From the NCBI GenBank assembly GCA_947259305.1, contig CAMYML010000001.1, positions 1-52,014 of the forward strand: DNA of 52,014 bases, written 5' to 3'. The stretch comes from an uncultured Gammaproteobacteria bacterium (GTDB taxonomy: Bacteria > Pseudomonadota > Gammaproteobacteria > GCA-001735895). A model generated the notes under the pieces. It did not search any database and was not told the DNA's origin. It saw only the letters and a program-made list of their open reading frames with translations. The position numbers and the translations under genes were made by a program. Within the stretch, counting starts at the first letter, position 1, and every line of letters starts with the position of its first letter. This document shows positions 9,712-19,289 of this stretch, one piece after another.

Positions 9712-10637
9712 GCGTATCTTCCAGCCTGTTCGGCGGGCGTCGCGACCATCCCGTGCTCGGGATAACGACTTTCGTCGGCAACCTGCTGCTGATGGCGCTG
9801 CTCAGCGCGGCCGTACGCGAGCTGGTCAATCGTCAGTATCCGTTGAGCGAGGTACTGTTGTTGCGTTACCTGTTCGCGAGCCTGTTTTTCTGGATTATCC
9901 TGTTTTCGACCACCGGCCCGGGGGGACTCGCTACGCGCCGTCCGCTCGATCATGCGATCCGTAGCGTTAGCGGCGTCATCAGCCTCGGGCTGTTATATTT
10001 CGCGATCACCCGTATCCCGCTCGCCGACGCCACCGCGCTGGCCTACGCCGCACCGATATTCATTACCTTGTTGTCGATTTTTCTGCTCGGCGAGGTGATT
10101 GGCCTGCGCCGCTGGCTGGCGGTTTTCACCGGATTCGTGGGCGTGCTGCTGATCGCCAGGCCCGAAGCCGGCAGCTGGGATATCGGGGTGATCGCCGCGG
10201 CCGCGTCAGCCTTCACCGGAGCGCTGGTGGCGATCTGGTTGCGCAAGCTCAGCAGTAGCGAAAACCCGGTTGCGATCGGCATTTTTTATAACAACCTCGG
10301 CAGCCTGGCTTGCCTGGTCTGGGTGCTGATGTCCGGCTGGTTGCCGCCACGCGGCGGCGATTTGCTGTTGCTTCTCGGTTTCGGACTGGGCTGCGGGCTG
10401 CAGCAATGGCTGTTGACGATATCTTTTCGTTACGCGCAGGCCAGCCTGCTGGCGCCTTTCGAGTACCTGGCGATGGTATTCGCCGCGATTGTCGGCTTTG
10501 TCTTCTGGGGTGAAGTGCCGGTATTGACCACCTGGATCGGCGCCGCGGTTATTGCCGCCAGTGGCATGTTTATCTTTCGGCGTCGGCAAAAGTCGATGCA
10601 AGCGGACAAATCGGTGGAGCCGGTTGTCATTGAGTAA
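9708..10637 (+). CDS. DMT/EamA-family transporter
   Basis: IPLADAT, LGEVIG, LAPFEY, WGEVP; ATGA overlap with previous gene. Confidence 0.9.
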   Translation: MSVSSSLFGGRRDHPVLGITTFVGNLLLMALLSAAVRELVNRQYPLSEVLLLRYLFASLFFWIILFSTTGPGGLATRRPLDHAIRSVSGVISLGLLYFAITRIPLADATALAYAAPIFITLLSIFLLGEVIGLRRWLAVFTGFVGVLLIARPEAGSWDIGVIAAAASAFTGALVAIWLRKLSSSENPVAIGIFYNNLGSLACLVWVLMSGWLPPRGGDLLLLLGFGLGCGLQQWLLTISFRYAQASLLAPFEYLAMVFAAIVGFVFWGEVPVLTTWIGAAVIAASGMFIFRRRQKSMQADKSVEPVVIE

Positions 10638-11784
10638 CATACGCCTGACGCTGCTGGGGTCGATGCTGGTCACCTTCGTGCTCGGCTCGGTACACGCGTT
10701 TTCGGTTTTTCTGGTGCCGCTCGAATCCCTGTTGCAACAGCCGCGCTCCGAAATCAGCCTGATCTACTCGTTCGCGCTGGTTGCGCTGACGCTGGCGGTG
10801 CTGCTTGGCTACCGGATATACGGCCTGTTGCCGGCATGGTTGCTGGTGCTGTGCACCTGCCTGCTGGCCGCGGCCGGGCTGGCGCTGGCCGCGCTGGCGG
10901 TAAACTGGTGGATGTTGTTCGTGGGTTACAGTCTTGCCTTCGGTTTCTGCAACGGCATCGGCTACGGTTACAGCCTGCAGTTGGTCGGACGGGTGATGCC
11001 ACAAATCAGGGGATTTGCGATGGGCGCCGTAACCGCGGCCTAAGCGGTTGGCTCGATCGTGTTCGCCAAGATCTTCGCCTGGCGCATCGCGGCCGCATCG
11101 CTGCAGTCGGCGCTGTTAACCATTGCCATTGTTCTCGTCTGTTGCGGGCTGCTGGCCGCGCTGATGCTGTGGATCTCCGGGGCAAGCTACGGCCGGCCAG
11201 CGGATGACGACCATCGGTCGGGTAGTGTGATCGATCGCGTCAAGGTCGCACAGTTCTGGCTGGCCTACATGGCAAGCGTGTTTGCCGGGTTGATGGCGAT
11301 TGGTCATGCCGTCGGTATTGCCCTGTCTAAAGATGCCGGCCCCGAACTCGCAACGCTGGCGGCGATCACGATTGGTATCGGCAGCGCGCTGGGCGGATTT
11401 CTCGCCGGCTGGCTGGTCGACCGCTGGCCGGTTACGCGGCTGCTGGTCGGGTTACCGCTGGTCGCGGCGCTCGCGCTGCTGGTGATCAGCCTTACGCCAA
11501 ACGCGCCGATTGTCGTTGGTCTGCTGTCGCTGGTGGGATTTTCATACGGCTCGATCATCGCCGTTTACCCGGTTGCGATCGCCAATTATTTTACTGTCCG
11601 CGGACCGCAGGCCTATGGCCAGGTTTTTACCGCCTGGGGTTTTGCCGGCCTGGTAGCGCCGTGGAGCGCGGGCCTGATTTACGATCTGCGCGCGGATTAC
11701 GAACTGGCGATGATCATCGCCGCGGTCATCGCCCTTGGCTCGGCTGTATGCGCCGCCTGTTTCAGGCTCGAGCGGGCGGCTTGA
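10630..11784 (+). pseudogene. MFS transporter (OFA-like) interrupted by one in-frame TAA at 11041-11043
   Basis: ORFs 10552..11043 and 11059..11784 share a frame and read GFAMGAVTAA*AVGSIVFAK; GWLVDRWP motif; TTG start at 10630. Confidence 0.8.
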
Positions 11785-11928
11785 GCGCACGCGCGGTACA
11801 CGGGAAAGACGGCTTGCGGTTGCATTCACAGGCGTAAATCGCGGCTTCGCGATGGCAGCGTTGCGCCCCTGGCGGAATTTTACTGTCATTGTTGCAATGC
11901 CCGGGGCGATGATGTTCCAATCGAAGTC

Positions 11929-12825
11929 ATGCCACAACAATCAAATTTACTGGGCTGCCTGTGGATGCTGGCCGGAGGACTGCTGTTTGTTGCCGTTACC
12001 GTGCTGGTGCGTCATCTGGGCTCGGATTTGCCGGCGATCGAGGCGGCTTTCATCCGCTACCTGATCGGCGTCGTGCTGGTGCTGCCGATGATCTGGCGCA
12101 TGCGCTGGCGCGGTATCAGACCAGGCAGTTTCAAGCTTTATTTGGTCCGCGGCCTGCTGCATGGCGTCGCGGTGATGCTTTGGTTCTACGCGATGGCTCG
12201 CATTCCGCTGGCGGAAGTGACCGCGATCGGTTTTTCGACACCGGTGTTTACCGCGCTCGGCGCCATCCTGATTTTTCGTGAACAGATCAGGGCGCGCCGC
12301 ATGCTGGCAATCGCGGCAGGATTCATCGGTACCCTGGTTATTTTGCGGCCGGGGTTTCAAACCATCGAACCAGGCTCGCTGGCGCAGTTGATCGCGGCCT
12401 TCCTTTTTGCCGGGTCGTTCCTGCTGGCGAAGAAGATGACCCAGCGCGAGAGTTCGGGCGATATCCTGGTGATGCTGACGATTTTCTGCACCCTGGCGTT
12501 ACTGCCCGGCGCGATCTATTACTGGCACCAACCGACGCTGGTCGAAGTCGGCTGGCTTGCACTGGTCGCGGTTTTTGCCACCACCGGGCACTATGCGATT
12601 ACGCGCGCGATCTCGTATGCGCCGCTGACGGTGACGCAGCCGCTGTCATTCCTGCAGCTGGTCTGGGCGATTCTGTTCGGCTACTGGTTGTTTGACGAGG
12701 TGCCGGATACCTGGGTCGTGATCGGTGCGTCGATGATTGTGGTCGCCGTCAGTTATCTCGCGCACCGCGAAGCGATGGCGGCGCGGCGCGACAAGGTCCA
12801 GGCCGCAGCTTCGGCGCCGGGTTAA
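11929..12825 (+). CDS. DMT/EamA-family transporter
   Basis: IPLAEVTAIGFSTPVF, FREQI, LRPG, FDEVP. Confidence 0.9.
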   Translation: MPQQSNLLGCLWMLAGGLLFVAVTVLVRHLGSDLPAIEAAFIRYLIGVVLVLPMIWRMRWRGIRPGSFKLYLVRGLLHGVAVMLWFYAMARIPLAEVTAIGFSTPVFTALGAILIFREQIRARRMLAIAAGFIGTLVILRPGFQTIEPGSLAQLIAAFLFAGSFLLAKKMTQRESSGDILVMLTIFCTLALLPGAIYYWHQPTLVEVGWLALVAVFATTGHYAITRAISYAPLTVTQPLSFLQLVWAILFGYWLFDEVPDTWVVIGASMIVVAVSYLAHREAMAARRDKVQAAASAPG

Positions 12826-12846
12826 GCTGCGCTGGCCAGGCCCCTG

Positions 12847-13545
12847 TTACCTTGCCCCGGCTGCCAGCAGAATTTCCACCATTTCCCGGTAACCGTGGTT
12901 ACGCGCCAGCTGCAGGGGCGTCGTGCCGAGCCCATCCGGCAGGTTGACGTCGGCGCCGCCATCGACCAGCGTTTTCAGGGTCGCGGTATGCCGTGCCCCG
13001 CCATCGCCGAGTACGATGGATTCGATCAGCGCCGTCCAGTTCAGATTGTTGACATGATCCAGCGGCGCGCCCGCTGTTATCAGGGTTTGTACGATTTCCA
13101 CGTGTCCGAGATGCGCCGCGGCGATCAGCGCGGTGCCCTGGTAACGGCTGGTGACATTGCCGGGTTTGCAACCCAGCTGTAGCGCCAGGCGCATGGTTGC
13201 AAGATCGTTTGCGACCGCGGCAATGGTTACGATGTCGTAATAATCCCGTTCGAGCGCATTCGCATCGGCGCCGGCAGCGACCAGCTTGCGCATCGCCGCG
13301 TGGTTTCCGAGGTAGGCCGCGACATGCAGGGCGCTGCGGCCGTAACTATCTCGACGGTCGACATCGGCTGCTGACCTCAGTTGCCGCTCGAGAGCGACCG
13401 CATCCTGTTGCGCCACGGCGCGGAACAGGCCCTGGTAACCGGCTAACTCGGCGGCATTGGGCGGAGTTTGTGCGGGACCTATCGACGGCCAGGCAAGACT
13501 TGCCAGCAGCACAGCCAGTGGACAGATGCGGCGACTATGAAACAA
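12847..13545 (-). CDS. Exported ankyrin-repeat protein
   Basis: Signal-like N-terminus; GRSALHVAA, GTALIAAAHLGH, WTALIES, GTTPLQLA. Confidence 0.88.
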   Translation of the reverse strand: MFHSRRICPLAVLLASLAWPSIGPAQTPPNAAELAGYQGLFRAVAQQDAVALERQLRSAADVDRRDSYGRSALHVAAYLGNHAAMRKLVAAGADANALERDYYDIVTIAAVANDLATMRLALQLGCKPGNVTSRYQGTALIAAAHLGHVEIVQTLITAGAPLDHVNNLNWTALIESIVLGDGGARHTATLKTLVDGGADVNLPDGLGTTPLQLARNHGYREMVEILLAAGAR

Positions 13546-13564
13546 TGCCAGCCCGCGCGCCGTT

Positions 13565-14803
13565 TTATCCGAGCGCCGAGTCCAGCGCCCGCAAAATCCG
13601 GTTGACGTCTTGCTGGTTGCCGTAATGCACCAGCGACAGGCGCACGACGCCGTCGTCCGGGTCGATGCCGAGATCGGAGATCAGTCGATGCGCGTAAAAG
13701 TTACCGTGCTCGCTGCCGATAGCGGCATCCTGCAGCTTGTGCGTCAGCGACTCGGCGCTTTGCTTGAGCGGCCTGAACGCGATTGTCGGCGCACGGTCGT
13801 TGTCGCGGGTGTGGGATTTGCCGAGCAAGTGCACATCCGCGTGCTGCTGCAGAAAGTCGAGGATCGGCGCCGCCAGCTCGTTTTCATGTTGCAGGATCAG
13901 CTGATGGATATCGTCCAGGCGCGCATTGCGGCTGCTGTCGCTGTCGCCGAAATGATGCCGGTGCAGCGCATCGAAGTAATCCAGCACGCCGGCGCAGCCG
14001 GCGACCTGCGCATGCTGCGGTCCGGCGGGATTGAAATCCTTGGCGGGGTTGCCGCTGTTGAAGTAGTGCGCCTGAGATGTCAGGTCGCCGTGGATATCGC
14101 GCTTGACATACATCAGGCCCTGATGCGGTCCGAACACCTTGTACAGGCTGAAGGCGTAGCCATCGACGCCCAGCGCCTTCATATCCGAAATATGATGCGG
14201 CGCATAGGCGACCGCGTCGACGAAAACCCGGGCATTGTTGCCCGCCTTGATGGTTTTGACGATTTCGGTAACCGGGTTCACGCTGCCGATGATGTTCGAG
14301 CAATGCGTGAAAAACACCCAGCGGGTATTGTCACGCAGTAGCGGAAACAGGGCTTCGATATCCAGTAACCCGGTGTCGGACTCGACTTCCCACTGGCGGA
14401 TGGTAACGCCTTTTTCATGCGCCTTGCGCCGCCAGACGCCGCTGTTGGCTTCGTGATCCTGGTTGGTGACGATGATTTCGTCGCCGGGCATCCACAGGTC
14501 GCCGATGGCCTGCGCCATGACGTAGGTATTGATCGATGTGGAAGGCCCGATGGTGAGTTCGCTGCGATCGATGTTGAGGGCATCGGCCCAGCCCTGGTAA
14601 GCACGGTCCATGGCCTCGCCCGCCTCGGCCGAGGGTTGGTAGCGCGAATAGGGCTGCACGCGCGTGTGATGATTGTAGTGTTCCAGCACCTGGTTGGCCT
14701 GGTTGCAGACATAGCTGCCGCCAGCGTTGCAGGCGAATACGAATTCGGGGTCGTCGGCCAGTTGATCGAATTGCGACCTGACAAAGTCGATGTCGAGTTT
14801 CAT
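13565..14803 (-). CDS. Class V PLP aminotransferase / cysteine desulfurase-like protein
   Basis: DHEAN, THCSNIIG, VDAVAYAPH, FSLYKVFGPH (PLP Lys), VRLSLVHY. Confidence 0.88.
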   Translation of the reverse strand: MKLDIDFVRSQFDQLADDPEFVFACNAGGSYVCNQANQVLEHYNHHTRVQPYSRYQPSAEAGEAMDRAYQGWADALNIDRSELTIGPSTSINTYVMAQAIGDLWMPGDEIIVTNQDHEANSGVWRRKAHEKGVTIRQWEVESDTGLLDIEALFPLLRDNTRWVFFTHCSNIIGSVNPVTEIVKTIKAGNNARVFVDAVAYAPHHISDMKALGVDGYAFSLYKVFGPHQGLMYVKRDIHGDLTSQAHYFNSGNPAKDFNPAGPQHAQVAGCAGVLDYFDALHRHHFGDSDSSRNARLDDIHQLILQHENELAAPILDFLQQHADVHLLGKSHTRDNDRAPTIAFRPLKQSAESLTHKLQDAAIGSEHGNFYAHRLISDLGIDPDDGVVRLSLVHYGNQQDVNRILRALDSALG

Positions 14804-14824
14804 AGATTGCTCCCTGAGATTGAC

Positions 14825-15715
14825 TCAATGGTAGTTGTTTTTAAACTCGGCATAAACCGTTTCGAAGCGCGCCAGGTTTTTTTGCGTGTAGTCGGCGAAA
14901 TCCATCTCGACGCGGGAATACAGTTCCGACACCATCGACCACATGGTTTCGCGCAGTAGCGAGGCGCATTTCATCGCATGGTAGCTGGCGAGCCGCGCCC
15001 GGTCGGGGCTCGCGCCGAAATACTGTTGCAGCATGCCAAGCTCCTGCGCCGCACTGAGCTCATTGTTCGAAGCCAGGTTGGACAGGTCGAACAGCGGGCT
15101 GTTGAAGCCGGCGTAGTCAAAATCGATGAGCCAGATTTTGTCGCCATCGTCGATAAAATTGGCCGGCAACAAATCGTTGTGACCGAATACGATTTCCACT
15201 GGCCCGACCGCGGCTTCGAGATCGCTGGCGATCCTGGCCAGTTCAGGCAGCCTCGCGGCATGCGCGCTGTCGCCCCGGGCTAACAGGTTGTGGTAGTGGC
15301 GTAGTACCTGGAACACCCAGAACATGACCGCGATCTGGTTAAAGCGTTGCGGCAGTTGGTGATGAAAACGCTGCAGCAGTTCGACGATACGTTGCAGATT
15401 GGCCTCGATACGCACATCGGCTTCGTCGAACACTTTGCCGTCGACGAATCTGACGACCAGGATGCCGTCTTCGTGGTAAACCAGCTCCGGACTGACGCCG
15501 ATTTCGAAGGCGGCCTGGCAGCTGGCAACTTCATTGCGCCGCGAAATGAGGTGCACCGGATCATCCTCGCCCAGGCGCACGACGTAGTTTGCGGCAGCGT
15601 CACCGACCTTGAAATTGAGGTTGGTCATGCCGCCACTCAGGGGTTCGATTCTGACCTCGCCTTGCCAGCAGGGCAGCCTGGCGATGCGTTTTTCAGCGGA
15701 ATCAGTCATGCTCAA
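14825..15715 (-). CDS. Choline/ethanolamine kinase-like phosphotransferase
   Basis: LSGGMTNLNF, Brenner motif HNDLLPANF, LIDFDYAG. Confidence 0.85.
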   Translation of the reverse strand: MSMTDSAEKRIARLPCWQGEVRIEPLSGGMTNLNFKVGDAAANYVVRLGEDDPVHLISRRNEVASCQAAFEIGVSPELVYHEDGILVVRFVDGKVFDEADVRIEANLQRIVELLQRFHHQLPQRFNQIAVMFWVFQVLRHYHNLLARGDSAHAARLPELARIASDLEAAVGPVEIVFGHNDLLPANFIDDGDKIWLIDFDYAGFNSPLFDLSNLASNNELSAAQELGMLQQYFGASPDRARLASYHAMKCASLLRETMWSMVSELYSRVEMDFADYTQKNLARFETVYAEFKNNYH

Positions 15716-15759
15716 CCGGCTCTGGATCTCGATCGAGGCATGATAGCATCGACGCCATC

Positions 15760-16557
15760 ATGCGCAATCACGCGGAACAATTCTTTGCCCGGGGCTGGTG
15801 CCGGTTTGACTTCGATCCACGGCTCGATAGCTGGGTTCGGGCGGCGCTCGCGGCCGCGCGCGCAACCCTCAGCGATCCGCGGCAGGAGAAGTGGCTGCGC
15901 TATCAGGGCACCTGGTTCGCCGGCGTCAATGCCCTGCCCAACGATGCCTGTGGCGAGGTTGACGGCAGCGGCCCGCTGCGCGGCGCGGCGCTCGATTTTA
16001 TCGCTGCTGAACTTGGCTTGCGCGATTTTGCCTGGGATGCGGCGCAGGTTTCGATCTGCTATCCGGGCTATCCTTTGCCAATGGCGGGCGAAAGCCCGGG
16101 CAAGGCGCGCTATCGACGCGAGTTCGATGCCGCGCATGTCGATGGCCTGCTGCCCGAAGGCCCGGACCGGCGGCGCCATCTGCGCGAGTATCACGGGTTT
16201 ATTCTCGGTGTTCCAATGGTCGAATTCGATGCTGCCGCCTCGCCTTTTGTGGTCTGGGAAGGTTCTCAGGAAATCGTGCGCGCCGCCTTCAGCCGACGAT
16301 TTGCCGGGCTGGCGCCCGGGCTGTGGGGCGAGCAGGATATTACCGACGTTTATCATGCGGCCCGCAGGCAGGCTTTTGCCGAATGCGAGCGGGTGGAGGT
16401 GCATGCCCGACCCGGTGAAGCCTTTATCGCTCACCGGCTGGTGCTGCACGGCATGGCGCGGTGGCGCGAGGGCGCTGTCGCCGGCGCTGATGGGCGCATG
16501 ATCTGTTACTTCCGGCCGGATCCTTTTGGTCCTTACGAGTGGCTGAACAATCCCTGA
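15760..16557 (+). CDS. Putative 2OG/Fe(II) dioxygenase (PhyH-like)
   Basis: AAHVDG (HxD), VVWEGS, PGEA...VLHG distal His, C-terminal RMICYF. Confidence 0.6.
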   Translation: MRNHAEQFFARGWCRFDFDPRLDSWVRAALAAARATLSDPRQEKWLRYQGTWFAGVNALPNDACGEVDGSGPLRGAALDFIAAELGLRDFAWDAAQVSICYPGYPLPMAGESPGKARYRREFDAAHVDGLLPEGPDRRRHLREYHGFILGVPMVEFDAAASPFVVWEGSQEIVRAAFSRRFAGLAPGLWGEQDITDVYHAARRQAFAECERVEVHARPGEAFIAHRLVLHGMARWREGAVAGADGRMICYFRPDPFGPYEWLNNP

Positions 16558-16611
16558 TATAAAGTTTACTCTGAGTAAATTCTACTGTTGTTAAGGTCGA
16601 ACGGTATTGAG

Positions 16612-17256
16612 CTAGGTTAAGTACAGCAGCCCCTTCGGAGTTTCAATCATGGCCGACAGGTAGGGAGCCTGGTCATCCGCCAGGGCTTCGACCTGCACCA
16701 GGTGGCTGGCGTCCATCGCGTCGAGCCGTTCGGCGACCCAGTGCGGGCGATTGTGATATATCGTCAGCGCGTGCAGTATGCAGTCGAGATCAGCCATAGC
16801 GCGCGACGGGTGTGGCGAGCTATGCCATTGAATGCAGTAGGGCAGCATGCCGCCAGCAAGCAGGCGCCCGTCGTCGGGCAGCGCAATTTCCCATTTCAGG
16901 TTATCGCGGCTGAGCGCGGTCGGGGTGCCGATATCGAAGCCGGTGCTGGCAACCAGATGACGAATGTCGGGGGTATTCATCACCCAGGTGATCAACCGCG
17001 GCTGCTGTTTTAGCGCGGCCCGCAGCAACGCATTGTCGAGCCCGAACCAGCGCGGATGCCTCGGCGCCCGGGCCTCTGGATCGATCGCGATGACTTCGAG
17101 GTAGGCATCGTTTGCCAGCTGCATCAGGTGATTGTGAGTACCCATGGTTTGATGGAAGCCACCTTTGGGCACATCGACGCCGAGGGTAGCCCGCAGGTAG
17201 TCGACCCCCTGTTGCAACGAATCGGCAGCGATGACGATGTGATCGAGTTGATTCAT
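16612..17256 (-). CDS. VOC/glyoxalase-like family protein
   Basis: LDHIVIAA, GGFHQTMGTHNHL, YLEVIAIDP, LPYCIQW. Confidence 0.88.
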   Translation of the reverse strand: MNQLDHIVIAADSLQQGVDYLRATLGVDVPKGGFHQTMGTHNHLMQLANDAYLEVIAIDPEARAPRHPRWFGLDNALLRAALKQQPRLITWVMNTPDIRHLVASTGFDIGTPTALSRDNLKWEIALPDDGRLLAGGMLPYCIQWHSSPHPSRAMADLDCILHALTIYHNRPHWVAERLDAMDASHLVQVEALADDQAPYLSAMIETPKGLLYLT

Positions 17257-17341
17257 GTCAGCATGTTAAATCACGGCGCTACCTGTTAACAGTATTACGG
17301 GGTAGAATTTCGCTATTCGAAGCAGCAGCGAGGTGACAGCG

Positions 17342-18070
17342 ATGAATATTTTGACCAATCGAATCGAATACGCGGTGGGCGATACCAATCACCAGGGTTA
17401 CCTGGCTTACGATGACGAAATAAGCGAGGCGCAACCCGGAATTCTGATCGTCCACGAGTGGTGGGGGCTCAACGAATATATCGTACGCCGCGCGCACATG
17501 CTCGCCGAACTGGGTTACGTCGCACTCGCGCTGGATATGTACGGCGCCGGCCAGATCGCGGCCGATCCGGGGCAGGCCGGAGAATTGATGAACGGCGTTT
17601 TGAACGACATGGAAGCCGGTACTGCGGCCCTCAGGGCGGGTTACGACCTGCTGCTCGACCAGGTTGGCGTCGATCGCACCCGCAGTGGCGCAATCGGTTA
17701 CTGTTTCGGCGGCGCGATGGCGCTACACATGGCGCGTATCGGCATACCCTTGTCCGCGGTCGCCAGTTTTCATGGCGCCCTGGGATCTTTCCATACTGCC
17801 GATGCGGGCAGTATTCATGCCAAAATCCTGGTTTGTCACGGCGCCGCCGACTCGATGGTAAGCCTGGACGAGCTCGAGGGGTTCAAGCAGGAAATGGATG
17901 CCGCGCAGGCCGATTACGAAGTGCTGCTCCTCGATGGGGCCAAACATGGTTTCAGCAATCCGCAGGCCGACGTCAACGCAGAAAAATACGGCATCGATCT
18001 GGGTTACCAGCAGCAGGCCGACGAAAAATCCTGGGCCGCGATGCAGGCCCTGTTCAAGCGGGTATTCTGA
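17342..18070 (+). CDS. Dienelactone hydrolase family protein
   Basis: VHEWWGLN, IGYCFGG, SFHG, HGFSNP; GAGGTG RBS before ATG 17342. Confidence 0.92.
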   Translation: MNILTNRIEYAVGDTNHQGYLAYDDEISEAQPGILIVHEWWGLNEYIVRRAHMLAELGYVALALDMYGAGQIAADPGQAGELMNGVLNDMEAGTAALRAGYDLLLDQVGVDRTRSGAIGYCFGGAMALHMARIGIPLSAVASFHGALGSFHTADAGSIHAKILVCHGAADSMVSLDELEGFKQEMDAAQADYEVLLLDGAKHGFSNPQADVNAEKYGIDLGYQQQADEKSWAAMQALFKRVF

Positions 18071-18717
18071 TGACGATCGAAATGGACCTGAGCGATGTGC
18101 GCCGCGACTACGAAGCGCACGGCATTACCCGCAAGGACATGGACCCGGATCCGTTCGTGCAATTCGGGCAGTGGCTGCAGCGCGCACGCGACCTGGAGCT
18201 GCTCGACGCCACGGCGATGACGCTGGCCACGGCGGATTCCGCGGGCCAGCCCTCGGCCCGTGTCGTGCTGCTCAAGCATTTCGACGCCGCCGGATTTTGC
18301 TGGTACACCGATTCGCGCAGCCAGAAGGGTCGGCATCTCGAGGTAAACCCGAACGCCGCCCTGCTGTTTCACTGGCGTGATCTGAGCCGCCAGGTGCGCG
18401 TGCATGGCCGCGTTCAAGCCATGCCGAGCGAGGACGCCGAGAAGTATTTCCTGATGCGCCCCGAAGGCAGTCGTTTCAGCGCCGCCGCTTCACATCAGTC
18501 CAGCGAAATCGAAAGCCGCTCCCATCTGCAGGATGAAGTACTGCGTTTGCGCGCCGCCTATCCCGACGGCGATGTGCCGCGGCCCGAGACCTGGCTTGGT
18601 TACCGCCTGCAGCCCGATTATTTCGAATTCTGGCAGGGACAGGATAATCGGCTGCACGATCGTATCGTCTACACCCCGCTCGAGGGTGGCTGGGGAATGG
18701 CGCGGATTTCACCCTGA
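18070..18717 (+). CDS. pdxH: Pyridoxamine 5'-phosphate oxidase
   Basis: RRDY, AMTLAT, PSARVVLLK, SQKG, EFWQGQDNRLHDR; TGATG overlap with upstream gene. Confidence 0.93.
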   Translation: MTIEMDLSDVRRDYEAHGITRKDMDPDPFVQFGQWLQRARDLELLDATAMTLATADSAGQPSARVVLLKHFDAAGFCWYTDSRSQKGRHLEVNPNAALLFHWRDLSRQVRVHGRVQAMPSEDAEKYFLMRPEGSRFSAAASHQSSEIESRSHLQDEVLRLRAAYPDGDVPRPETWLGYRLQPDYFEFWQGQDNRLHDRIVYTPLEGGWGMARISP

Positions 18718-19169
18718 TGCTGGTGGCGGCGCTGATAGCTTTTGGCCACTTTCTGGCATTTTTCTCACTCTCCGCCGCCCTGGTGTTGCAACGGGCCTTA
18801 CTCGCGGAATCTCTCAGCGTCGAGACCGCGCGCCGAATCCAGCGCGCCGACCTGGTGCTGGATATTGCGGCGGTGTTGCTGCTGCTGTTCGGTTTTTTGC
18901 GCGTCATCTATTTCGAAAAAGGCAGCGCCTATTATTTCGGAAATACCTTTTTTCAGATCAAGCTCGCCTCGTTTGTCATTGCCGGGATCATCTCGCTTTA
19001 TCCGAGCGCGGTGTACCGGCGCTGGAGCAGCGAACTGAAGCAGGGCATCGCACCCGAGCTCGAGAGCGACATGCTCAGACGCTTAAAGAAAATCATCCAC
19101 TGGGAACTGGTCCTGATCGGCGCTATTCTGATATGCGCGTCGTTGATGGCGAAGGGAATCGGCGGCTGA
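18717..19169 (+). CDS. DUF2214-like membrane protein
   Basis: GFLRVIYFEKGSAYY, IKLASF, ASLMAKGIG. Confidence 0.8.
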   Translation: MLVAALIAFGHFLAFFSLSAALVLQRALLAESLSVETARRIQRADLVLDIAAVLLLLFGFLRVIYFEKGSAYYFGNTFFQIKLASFVIAGIISLYPSAVYRRWSSELKQGIAPELESDMLRRLKKIIHWELVLIGAILICASLMAKGIGG

Positions 19170-19289
19170 TTACAACCCTGTAAAATCGAGATTTTTTGGC
19201 GCCGCTATTTAAAGCTGCGGACTTGAACCGCGGTCCGCTGCGGCGGGATGCCTTAAACCGGATACGGGAATGAAAATGAAGGAGAGGAT

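Noticed and set aside
15347-16501. Long overlapping ORFs (15347..16501 +, 15712..16449 -; likewise 21636..22901, 31209..32318, 32354..33583)
   Set aside because: Shadow frames of well-supported genes in GC-rich DNA, with no motifs.
16567-16581. Palindrome TTTACTC-T-GAGTAAA
   Set aside because: Between convergent genes, single copy, loop too short for a terminator.
17458-18069. 419-aa ORF suggesting a PdxH fusion
   Set aside because: The extra part is an alternative frame of the dienelactone hydrolase gene.
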